From: a virus
Taxonomy: Duplodnaviria; Caudoviricetes
Strand: one strand, 5' to 3'
Length of the DNA: 64,000 bases
IMG/VR virus record: IMGVR_UViG_3300010882_000013
Span: 1,164-65,163 of that record
Shown here: positions 8,230 through 16,356 of the stretch, one piece after another
Position numbering within the stretch: position 1 is the stretch's first letter
Layout: each line of letters starts with the position of its first letter
Made by a program: the position numbers and the translations under genes
Notes under the pieces: model-generated
Told to the model about the DNA's origin: nothing
The model's database searches: none
The model's input: the letters and a program-made list of their open reading frames with translations, nothing else

Positions 8230-8375
8230 GAGAGTATAGCTCAGTGGTAGAGCGCGTGCATAGCAAGCCTGTTGTCGATTATGCTTATCGGGAGTCGCCA
8301 AGCGTCTTCTGTATTGTAGATGACAGTTACTTCATCAGGAGCACGATGTCGGGGGTTCGACTCCTTCTACTCTCG
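8230..8375 (+). ncRNA. tRNA body with an 81-nt circularly permuted Y-RNA-like module replacing the anticodon loop (copy 3)
   Basis: acceptor GAGAGTA/TACTCTC; D-arm GCTC-AGTGGTA-GAGC; anticodon stem CGTGC/GCACG; T-arm GGGGG-TTCGACT-CCTTC; insert 8260-8340. Confidence 0.8.
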
Positions 8376-8444
8376 TAGCCTAGTAGTGCAGATAACGGTT
8401 ACTTCGTGGTTAGATAGCCCGCTATCGCTTGTTTCTCTAGGCTA
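8376..8444 (+). ncRNA. Ro60-associated Y-RNA-like module, copy 4
   Basis: TAGCCTAG/CTAGGCTA stem; TAGTGCAG; ATAACGG/CCGCTAT; TTACTTC; TGTTTCT. Confidence 0.7.
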
Positions 8445-8474
8445 TATTTCTTCCATCCAGTAGAGGAGGACAGT

Positions 8475-9956
8475 ATGGCAAAGTTCAATGGTTCAAATGT
8501 TGGCATCAATCGGACAGTCAACAAAGACGGTTATCCTGCATACAAGATGAAGGATAAGGATCGTTTAGTTACGCAGGTACTCACTACATTCTTCGGTGAG
8601 CCAAAGTTCTATGGCGATAACTCCAATGAAATCGTAGCAAGTGCACAAGAAATAATTTGTTGTTCAGGCCATGCAGATTTCGTTGCGAAACTCGCTGTCT
8701 ATGCACGTAAGGTATTCAATATGAGGTCGGTATCTCACGTTCTTACTGCTGTCCTTGCTAACTGCAAGGAAGGTAAAGCAGTAGTACGTAAGCTCATACC
8801 CGCCGTGGTTGTACGTGCTGATGATGTAACCGAAATACTTTCAGCTTATTTATCTATGTTTGGTAAGCCTATACCCAACTCATTAAAGAGGGGCATAGGT
8901 GATGCGTTTAAGTGCTTTACTGAATACTCTCTTGCGAAATATAAAGGTGATGGCAAGTCGCTCTCGATGAAGGACGTGCTTCGTATATGCCATCCTAAAC
9001 CTACAACTAAATCACAGTCTGATCTCTGGAAGCGTTGTATTGACGGAGTGCTTGAGACTCCTAATACATGGGAGACACAACTGTCAGCACATGGCAACAA
9101 CGCTGAAACATGGACAAAGCTCCTTGATGATAACTCATTAGGCTACATGGCATTGCTCCGTAATCTTCGTAATCTCTTACAGGCTAACCTTGACTCTGTA
9201 CATTACAATGCTGTGTTTGCACGCATCGCAGACCGTGATGCTGTAAAGCACAGTCGTCAGTTGCCATTCAGATTTTTGTCTGCGTGGCGTGAACTACAAG
9301 AAATTGGCTCATCGAAAGTGTTCGATGCTCTTGAAACAGCTCTTGATTATTCCGTTGAGAATATGGAGAAGTTACCGGGCAAGACGTGCATCGTAGTAGA
9401 TGTATCCGGTTCTATGTCTAGCTCTATATCTGCAAGGAGCACGATACGGTGCTCGGATATATCGCGCTTGCTCGGTGTTATGGCTGCTCATATTTGCGAT
9501 GATAGTATCTTCCTTGCGTTTGATGATTATATATACATACCTGCAATATCAAGTAAAGGATCTATACTTAGTCAAGCGATGAGTATTAGATATCCGGGTA
9601 ATGGTACTAATATGCATCTACCAATACAGCATCTTATTGAACATAAAATGAATGTAGATCGTATTATTATATTATCAGATAATGAAGTGAATCGAGGAAT
9701 GAACACAGTGCAACAAGATGTAAATGAGTATCGTAACACTGTGAACAAAGACGTATGGGTACATGCGATTGACTTACAGGGCTATGGTACACAGCAGTTC
9801 CTCGGATCAAGAACGAACATTATAGCAGGATGGAGTGAGAAAGTTCTTGACTTCATTCGGTACGCTGAACAAGGCATGGACACATTGGTAAAGTGCATCG
9901 AGTCGTATGATTATACAACTATGAAGACTGCTATAAGAGAGGAGGATGTTGGATGA
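8475..9956 (+). CDS. rsr: TROVE-domain RNA-binding protein (Ro60/Rsr) with C-terminal vWA domain
   Basis: FFGEPKFY, KLAVYARKVFNMRSVSH, YMALLRNLRN and LPFRFLSA TROVE motifs; vWA MIDAS DVSGSM; GAGGAGG SD. Confidence 0.93.
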   Translation: MAKFNGSNVGINRTVNKDGYPAYKMKDKDRLVTQVLTTFFGEPKFYGDNSNEIVASAQEIICCSGHADFVAKLAVYARKVFNMRSVSHVLTAVLANCKEGKAVVRKLIPAVVVRADDVTEILSAYLSMFGKPIPNSLKRGIGDAFKCFTEYSLAKYKGDGKSLSMKDVLRICHPKPTTKSQSDLWKRCIDGVLETPNTWETQLSAHGNNAETWTKLLDDNSLGYMALLRNLRNLLQANLDSVHYNAVFARIADRDAVKHSRQLPFRFLSAWRELQEIGSSKVFDALETALDYSVENMEKLPGKTCIVVDVSGSMSSSISARSTIRCSDISRLLGVMAAHICDDSIFLAFDDYIYIPAISSKGSILSQAMSIRYPGNGTNMHLPIQHLIEHKMNVDRIIILSDNEVNRGMNTVQQDVNEYRNTVNKDVWVHAIDLQGYGTQQFLGSRTNIIAGWSEKVLDFIRYAEQGMDTLVKCIESYDYTTMKTAIREEDVG

Positions 9957-10438
9957 TAGTAGGAAAGCCAATGATCATCGCCGTTGATTTTGACGGCACC
10001 TGTGTTACACATGAGTATCCTAAGATTGGAAAGGAGATTGGTGCTGCTCCGGTATTGAAATGGCTTACAGATAATGGTCATAAGATCATACTGCATACGA
10101 TGAGAGGCAAACTTGATAATGGTAAGGGTGATCTTGATGATGCGTTATGGTGGTTCAAGGAGCATGATATACCGCTCTTTGGAGTGAACGAGAACCCGAC
10201 ACAAATAAGCTGGACTCAATCTCCTAAGCCATACGCACAACTCTACATAGATGATGCTGCTCTCGGATGTCCATTGATGCTTAACCCTGCATTATCTGAT
10301 AGGCCCTTTGTAAATTGGGCTCGCATTAAAACAGAACTAGAAGGCATCTTTGAATCTGGATTTGTAATTGGGTTTACTGATTTAATAGGAGTGGAGAATG
10401 GGAGCCATAACAGCGCTCGTTTTGACAATAGCAACTAG
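9953..10438 (+). CDS. HAD-superfamily phosphatase
   Basis: AVDFDGT motif I, ILHTMR motif II, YIDD motif IV; ATGA overlap with the TROVE stop. Confidence 0.85.
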   Translation: MIVGKPMIIAVDFDGTCVTHEYPKIGKEIGAAPVLKWLTDNGHKIILHTMRGKLDNGKGDLDDALWWFKEHDIPLFGVNENPTQISWTQSPKPYAQLYIDDAALGCPLMLNPALSDRPFVNWARIKTELEGIFESGFVIGFTDLIGVENGSHNSARFDNSN

Positions 10439-10841
10439 TGTCGGTGTACCGCCTAACTTTGTTCTTGCTGTAGCATTGGAGGAGAATCCTACGCTTAATG
10501 TTAGGTCATGTGCTATAAATAAAAATGGTACATGGGATGTAGGTGTAATGCAATTAAACACCTGCTGGTATACTGGCCCGTGGTTCAATGCAGAAAAGAA
10601 TATTACAGCAGGGTGCATACACATTAAGCATCTGATCAATAATCCTACACTGAATACAATGTGGGATGTTGCAATCAGTTACAATGCTGGCACAGCATGG
10701 GCGCGTAAGCATCGCCGACCGCCGGAGTCTAGTATCAACTATGCGATGCGCGTGATGGGTAGATGGGAGCAGTTGGAGCTACAAGATTCGTTGTCGCTCC
10801 GAGCTGCTCAAATACCAGTTGTACTATCAAGGGGGTATTAA
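10398..10841 (+). CDS. soluble lytic transglycosylase (SLT) domain protein
   Basis: AVALEEN catalytic Glu, NKNGTWDVGVMQLN, ISYNAG motifs; N-terminal hydrophobic segment. Confidence 0.85.
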   Translation: MGAITALVLTIATSVGVPPNFVLAVALEENPTLNVRSCAINKNGTWDVGVMQLNTCWYTGPWFNAEKNITAGCIHIKHLINNPTLNTMWDVAISYNAGTAWARKHRRPPESSINYAMRVMGRWEQLELQDSLSLRAAQIPVVLSRGY

Positions 10842-11160
10842 ATGTTTGGAATATCAATGTTCTTTGTTGTTCTTATTGCAGTCATATGGATTGCAACGAG
10901 TCTTGCGTAGTGTTGAAGAGCTTCGTAAATTATTGGATGATCCGGCGTACATAAAGCACGCTGTTGAATCCATTGCAGATGATCTAGTTGACGGTAAAAA
11001 GCAATTAAGCCTGATGTTAAGATGTAGTAAATGCAAGCAATGGAAGCCAGAAGATGATTTCTCATTCTGTCATGGTGAGGGTACTAAGTGTCGTCACTAT
11101 CGTAACTGGTGGTGTCGAGCATGCTGTAAAGAAATGAGGGAGAGCAAGAAGCATGAGTGA
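10819..11160 (+). CDS. membrane-anchored/Cys-rich hypothetical protein
   Basis: CxxC pairs in the C-terminal half; true start uncertain. Confidence 0.45.
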   Translation: MYYQGGIKCLEYQCSLLFLLQSYGLQRVLRSVEELRKLLDDPAYIKHAVESIADDLVDGKKQLSLMLRCSKCKQWKPEDDFSFCHGEGTKCRHYRNWWCRACCKEMRESKKHE

Positions 11161-11241
11161 AGATATAGCAGGAATGATCATGGCGTGCGCTGCCTCTATT
11201 TGCTTCACGGTAATTTTTATATCTATATTGATGAGGCATAA

Positions 11242-13971
11242 ATGAACTGTGACTTTAATGGGGCCGGAGGGTTATGTTGTCAGTGCCAGCATTGGCAAGC
11301 CGTACAATGGGACGGCTGGATGTGGACAGACGAGATAGCTCTCTGCGGCTTGTGCCTTAATGAAAAGAAACGAGGGCATAGGTGCATAGAGTATAAAGCA
11401 CACACCATTACTACTATTGCTGCTAAGAACCTCGAAGCGCAAAAGATACTTGCCTCACAAGTTCATGTTGGAGATGGATCTATTGGAGCACGAGTAAACG
11501 ATGTTGACTTAAATCACAATCAGTTCATAGATGCTATGCAAGAATGGTATAAGAACAATCAGTCTAAGTTTGATATGGTCAATGTAATAGAAGATGTAGA
11601 AGATGAATACTACAAGCACCAAGACGAAGATTTTGAAAGGTTTAAGGACTCAAAAGAAATGGCCTTGTTCTGGACAATGGGGTGTATAGCAGAGGGTACA
11701 ATAATACAGTATGGATATAAAACTGCTACTTATAGAATACCAATTGAGACAGCTTACTTAAAACAGAGACGAACTACTAAACAAAGGTATGTTATAGGGC
11801 TTCTTGAAGATGATACCTTTGGCCTTATAGAAGTATACGATATGCTCTATTCAGGAGAGAAGGAGTGTATCGGTATAACTACTGAATCAGGAAATACATT
11901 GTCTCTTACTCCTGAGCATGAGGTACTTACTGATAATGGATGGCTTCGTGCAGATAAATTAACATTAAATAGCATCGTTATATGTAATGGATATAAGCGT
12001 GTATATGAAAGCGAATCTGTTTATTCTGATGGGTATGTACGATTGCATGGATATAAATATAAGGGATATCCTAATCGACGCACAGATGGTCTGCTCAAAC
12101 ATCGTTATGTTATGGAGCAACATTTAGGAAGGTACTTACTTCCTACGGAATACGTTCATCATAAAGATGGAAATAAATTAAATAATGATATATCTAATTT
12201 AGAGCTTTTGGACAGCATGTCGGCTCATGCTGAAAGGCATCATGCAATAAGTGTCCATAATCTTAACTCTACAGATTATACTCATCCTACTGGTACTACA
12301 GTAGTTAAAGTTCCTAAGTTTGAACATGTCATAGGAATAAAAAATGTAGGTATTAAACGTACCTACGATATTAAATGTGCCGACCCACATAACTTTATCG
12401 CTAATAAAATCGTAGTGCATAATTGTGGAAAATCAGCTATTGCCTTACGCATCGCTGCCTATAAGTATGATAAAGGAGATATAGATAGTCTTCTTATAAT
12501 CAGCCCCAACGATGTCCACCGACAGTGGTCACAGGAGCAGATCCCAAAGTGGTTGCCTAGACATATTAATAGGGAAGTACAAACACTAGGTGGAAGGGGA
12601 GGAATGAAGGAATCTCATCCTTTCTACTACCCTGATTATCTTCATATAGTAAGCGTAAATATAGACACGTTCAGCACGCCGAAGAAGTGGGAGCAAATAG
12701 CTGAATGGGTCAAAGCAACTAAATGTATGGTGATTCTCGATGAGGCTACATCAATAAAGAATGTTAGTAGTAAACGAACAGAGAGGTTGCTATATGAGTT
12801 CAATGATGTCGTGCGAAGGAGGAAGCAAGTTATATCGAGCGTGCCTCATACTGTGGCTCGTGCTATCCTTACAGGTACTCCTGTTACTAACGGCGTTCTT
12901 GATCTCTGGTCACTATTTGAATTCCTTCGTCCTAATTACTTTAATCGTAACTACTATAGCTTTCGTAACCACTATGCTATGCTTGCGAGTATTACGACTG
13001 CTTATGGATCTGCCCAAATACTAATAACACCAGAGTTATGGCAAGGGATAAAGGACTGTGCAACATGGGAGATGGCTAATGCTGTTTTTGGTGTGAGTGT
13101 TGACACGTATAATATCATTCAGTTACAAGATACATTTAGAGGAGCGTACAAGCATGAGGAAGAACTTAAAGAACTCATTGCCCCGGTTAGTTCTTTCAGG
13201 GCTATCGAAGATTGCGTGGATATGCCACCTACCGTGTATAATAAACATGTTGTTACGATGTCAACCGAACAGACTAAAGCATATAAAGAAATGGAAAACG
13301 AACTGTTGGCGATGTATGGAGGCGCTACAACTACCGCAGCTAATAAGTTGTCCGCACTCATTAGATTGTCACAGATTAGCTCAGGCTTTATTGTGCAGGG
13401 ACAGTTAGCACTAAATGAGGAGGGTGAAGTTCTTGAAGACTACGATGTCCTACCCGGTGAATCAGTATGGCTTGGAAGCTCTACGCCAAAGCTCAACAGT
13501 CTCTACAGAGATATTGATGAGACTGATAGGCCGTGCATTATCATCACTCGATTTACCTGCGAAGCCGATAGAATATTTACGGATCTTTCCAGACAGTATA
13601 GATGTTGTTTATACACTGGATGGAAAAAAACAGGAACTGTTGAAGAATTCAAGGAGGGTAAATATGACATCATGGTTGCTAACATTAGGTGTATCAGTAG
13701 GGGTTTTAATTTACAAAATGCTTGTCAGATGTTCTTTTACTCTAATACATTTAGCCTTGAGGATCGCTTGCAGACAGAAGGACGTATATTCCGCATCGGA
13801 CAGAGTAAGACGTGTGTATATACAGACTACATCAACGAAGGCACCATCGATCTTAAAGTGGTCGGTGCGCTTAGACAGAAACGGACATTACTCGATTATA
13901 TCAGAGGGACAGGTTTAACAGCATTTGTTAAAGACGATGACGAGATAACACAAATGGAAACGACTATATGA
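11242..13971 (+). CDS. SNF2-family helicase containing an intein
   Basis: Walker A MG|CGKS split by the intein; LDEATSIKN; LTGTP; SRGFNL; QTEGRIFRIGQ. Confidence 0.9.
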   Translation: MNCDFNGAGGLCCQCQHWQAVQWDGWMWTDEIALCGLCLNEKKRGHRCIEYKAHTITTIAAKNLEAQKILASQVHVGDGSIGARVNDVDLNHNQFIDAMQEWYKNNQSKFDMVNVIEDVEDEYYKHQDEDFERFKDSKEMALFWTMGCIAEGTIIQYGYKTATYRIPIETAYLKQRRTTKQRYVIGLLEDDTFGLIEVYDMLYSGEKECIGITTESGNTLSLTPEHEVLTDNGWLRADKLTLNSIVICNGYKRVYESESVYSDGYVRLHGYKYKGYPNRRTDGLLKHRYVMEQHLGRYLLPTEYVHHKDGNKLNNDISNLELLDSMSAHAERHHAISVHNLNSTDYTHPTGTTVVKVPKFEHVIGIKNVGIKRTYDIKCADPHNFIANKIVVHNCGKSAIALRIAAYKYDKGDIDSLLIISPNDVHRQWSQEQIPKWLPRHINREVQTLGGRGGMKESHPFYYPDYLHIVSVNIDTFSTPKKWEQIAEWVKATKCMVILDEATSIKNVSSKRTERLLYEFNDVVRRRKQVISSVPHTVARAILTGTPVTNGVLDLWSLFEFLRPNYFNRNYYSFRNHYAMLASITTAYGSAQILITPELWQGIKDCATWEMANAVFGVSVDTYNIIQLQDTFRGAYKHEEELKELIAPVSSFRAIEDCVDMPPTVYNKHVVTMSTEQTKAYKEMENELLAMYGGATTTAANKLSALIRLSQISSGFIVQGQLALNEEGEVLEDYDVLPGESVWLGSSTPKLNSLYRDIDETDRPCIIITRFTCEADRIFTDLSRQYRCCLYTGWKKTGTVEEFKEGKYDIMVANIRCISRGFNLQNACQMFFYSNTFSLEDRLQTEGRIFRIGQSKTCVYTDYINEGTIDLKVVGALRQKRTLLDYIRGTGLTAFVKDDDEITQMETTI
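11683..12423 (+). mobile_element. intein (247 aa) with HNH homing endonuclease
   Basis: starts CIAEGT; block B LTPEHEV; HNH HRYVME...VHHKDGNKLNN; block F TYDI; ends VVHN followed by Cys. Confidence 0.9.
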
Positions 13972-14169
13972 AAAAGATATTATGTTGGCTTCAAAAGACT
14001 TTAGGTAGATCACATCCTTTAATAGGATATACCTATTGTCAATATATAGGTTGTAGGAACTGTACGAAGTGGTGGAATAAGTAATATTAGGCCGGGCTCC
14101 GTAGGAGAAAGGTTTGATATAGCAAGAGGAGCGGCTTTATATAGTGGGCCACGCCTCAAGGTGCGGGAT

Positions 14170-14232
14170 GCTAGGGATATGCTGTATAGTTCCCCTCCCA
14201 AAATCGACTATGCAGAACAACATAGCCCTAGC
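14170..14232 (+). ncRNA. long imperfect hairpin upstream of the tRNA
   Basis: GCTAGGG/CCCTAGC, TATG/CATA and CTGTATAGT/ACTATGCAG nested stems. Confidence 0.35.
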
Positions 14233-14239
14233 GTTTTAT

Positions 14240-14312
14240 GCTGACATAGCGCAGTGAGTAGAGCAGGTGCCCCGTAAGCATCAGGTCGGTAGTGCAAATC
14301 TATCTGTCAGCT
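14240..14312 (+). tRNA. tRNA-Thr(CGT)-like, non-canonical
   Basis: 73-nt cloverleaf: GCTGACA/TGTCAGC acceptor; GGTGC-CCCGTAA-GCATC anticodon arm; GGTAG-TGCAAAT-CTATC T-arm; C33, no D-loop GG, T-loop TGC; no encoded CCA. Confidence 0.65.
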
Positions 14313-14328
14313 TTAGAGGATATAACAA

Positions 14329-14889
14329 ATGAACGAAGGGCTCACTAATTATACACTTACAAATGGATCAGAACGTAACCATTTTGATACACCTGCTTAT
14401 GCAGTATACCCCTTGTTGCCTTACATTAATCCTAAGTGGAAGGTATGGGAGCCTACTGATACATACGGTCGATCAAAAATTACTTCTGTGCTCAAACAGC
14501 ATGGATGTAATGTGATTGCTACTAATGAACAGGAGATTGATTTTATCCATGAGCCTACAAACTTTGATGATGAGCTATGGAAAGGACAGGGTATACCAGA
14601 TTTAATTATTACGAATCCACCGTTCAATATTAAGGATGACTTCATTGATTCGTGTATCTATTATCAACGTAAATCTGATATACGTTGGGCCTTGCTCCTT
14701 CCTATTACATCCTTGGAGGGTATTTATAGAGGTACTCTCTTTCGTATGACGCACTTACAGTTAATGATTTTTGATAAGCGTGTAGAATATTTACAAAAAA
14801 CTGGTTCTACCTTTTTCAATTCTTCGTGGTTTTGTTCCGGCCTAAGCCTGCCATCGGATTTATTTTTCTATCCTTTGCAGAAAGTATGA
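14329..14889 (+). CDS. N6-adenine DNA methyltransferase-like protein
   Basis: catalytic IITNPPF motif; VWEP...G SAM-binding-like region. Confidence 0.75.
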   Translation: MNEGLTNYTLTNGSERNHFDTPAYAVYPLLPYINPKWKVWEPTDTYGRSKITSVLKQHGCNVIATNEQEIDFIHEPTNFDDELWKGQGIPDLIITNPPFNIKDDFIDSCIYYQRKSDIRWALLLPITSLEGIYRGTLFRMTHLQLMIFDKRVEYLQKTGSTFFNSSWFCSGLSLPSDLFFYPLQKV

Positions 14890-14926
14890 TCATAACTGGT
14901 TTTCAGGCCCCAAAATATGATAGAAT
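14885..14926 (+). promoter_or_regulatory. repeated promoter/operator unit, copy 3
   Basis: TATGATCATAA-CTGGTTTT-N12-TATGATAGAAT. Confidence 0.75.
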
Positions 14927-15510
14927 TAAGCCATAATCTACAGAAAGGAGACTCGGACATGGAAAATCAAGCCCCGGATTTAAGTTTTTTACAGGGAGTT
15001 TCGGCTGCCTCGGACGTTATTGCCGAAGTAAAGGCAAAAGTTAAGCATATGCGCGAGCTCGAAGTGGATATGCTTAACAAACAACTCATCGCGCAACAAG
15101 CAAGTAAAGACTATGAAGACTATAAAGCAACGGTTGTACTAACAAGCATGACATCAGCAGGTCTTAATAGCATTGAGGATGACGAGGGTAACTTCGTTAA
15201 ACTTGAGACAAAGTTTTATTGTAATCCTAATAAAAATGATCTTGATCGAGCAAAGATTGTAGCATGGTTGAACAGCATGGGTGGCGACTTCCTCGTGAAG
15301 AAGCAGGGCATCGTAGCTGCTGAGCAGCTTGATATGATGCGCAATGCTGGTATACCCTTTGATGAAAAATCTGACATGAATACCAATAGTCTTAAAGCTT
15401 TCCTCAAAGACTTACTTGGCTATAACAAAGGTGGAGTGGCTAAGATCCAGATAGAAGATATACCTGATCAAATCCATTTCGTTATATCACCAGAGGTAGT
15501 AACAGGATGA
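14917..15510 (+). CDS. phage replication-module protein (likely start 14959, MENQ)
   Basis: AAGGAG SD before 14959; coiled-coil N-terminus; no firm family. Confidence 0.6.
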   Translation: MIELSHNLQKGDSDMENQAPDLSFLQGVSAASDVIAEVKAKVKHMRELEVDMLNKQLIAQQASKDYEDYKATVVLTSMTSAGLNSIEDDEGNFVKLETKFYCNPNKNDLDRAKIVAWLNSMGGDFLVKKQGIVAAEQLDMMRNAGIPFDEKSDMNTNSLKAFLKDLLGYNKGGVAKIQIEDIPDQIHFVISPEVVTG

Positions 15511-16115
15511 AAGAGGTTAATTCATCATATGAGATTCTTTGGCCTAATTCACCAGTTGCATGGAAACGAGAGCTTCAATTCATCGAATATGCGGCCCGGA
15601 TTTCACATAGATCCGAAGATAAAACGTCATATGAACCAGACAAAAGCTTCATACAGCGCCTCGTTGATCTTGGTCATGATTCAGTATTAGAGTTTGGCAA
15701 TATGATTGTTGAGTTCATAACTGATCGTGGCATAAGCCATGAGCTAGTTCGTCATCGGTTATGCTCATTTATACAAGAATCAACACGCTATTGTGACTAT
15801 GAAGATAAACCTATAGAGTTTATATCTCCGATATTTGAGCCAGCCTCTCGTAAAGGTGATTGGATGGTAGCAATGGCAGACGCAGAAGCTGCATATAAAG
15901 AGATGAGGAAGCTTAAAGTATCTCCTGAGCTTGCACGATCTGTTCTTCCTAATAGTCTTGCTACTAAGATAATTGTTAAAGCTAATTTTCGTGAATGGAG
16001 ACATATTTTTCAGTTGCGTACATCAAAGAAAGCTCATCCTGATATGGTACGGCTTATGCTTCCTTTATATAATGAATGTTTGACATACGCCTCGGAGGTA
16101 TTCACATGGAAATGA
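15507..16115 (+). CDS. thyX: FAD-dependent thymidylate synthase
   Basis: HDSVLEF, RGISHELVRHR..SFIQESTRY, ARSVLPN signature. Confidence 0.95.
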   Translation: MKEVNSSYEILWPNSPVAWKRELQFIEYAARISHRSEDKTSYEPDKSFIQRLVDLGHDSVLEFGNMIVEFITDRGISHELVRHRLCSFIQESTRYCDYEDKPIEFISPIFEPASRKGDWMVAMADAEAAYKEMRKLKVSPELARSVLPNSLATKIIVKANFREWRHIFQLRTSKKAHPDMVRLMLPLYNECLTYASEVFTWK

Positions 16116-16336
16116 ACACAGACACTACGTTAAACTGCTCTTGCCCTAAATGTGGGGCCTCTATCGTTGTTCCGATGAAACATAGTGTCGGTGAAGATGG
16201 TGTTATGAAAGCTGTATCAGATATGATGGGTGACGAACTCAAACTTGTAGGCTCATATACGTTCATGGGAGAACTAAAGTGTTCCTGCGGTAGCTCTATT
16301 ATATCTTGTCTTACTGTATCCGCTCAATCCGTATAA
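16076..16336 (+). CDS. small Cys-rich protein
   Basis: CSCPKCG and CSCG motifs; GGAGG SD before 16106. Confidence 0.55.
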   Translation: MFDIRLGGIHMEMNTDTTLNCSCPKCGASIVVPMKHSVGEDGVMKAVSDMMGDELKLVGSYTFMGELKCSCGSSIISCLTVSAQSV

Positions 16337-16356
16337 TCCAGTAGGGAGGTAGTCTC

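Noticed and set aside
8260-8340. Group I or bulge-helix-bulge tRNA intron
   Set aside because: At 81 nt it is far too short for group I, no BHB is apparent, and no obvious excision restores a 7-nt U33 loop. The insert matches the neighbouring module instead.
8022-8444. CRISPR array or toxin-antitoxin type III repeat interpretation of the repeated motif
   Set aside because: The copies are not direct sequence repeats with spacers. Only short internal motifs are shared, stems vary with compensation, and no cas or ToxN-like gene is present.
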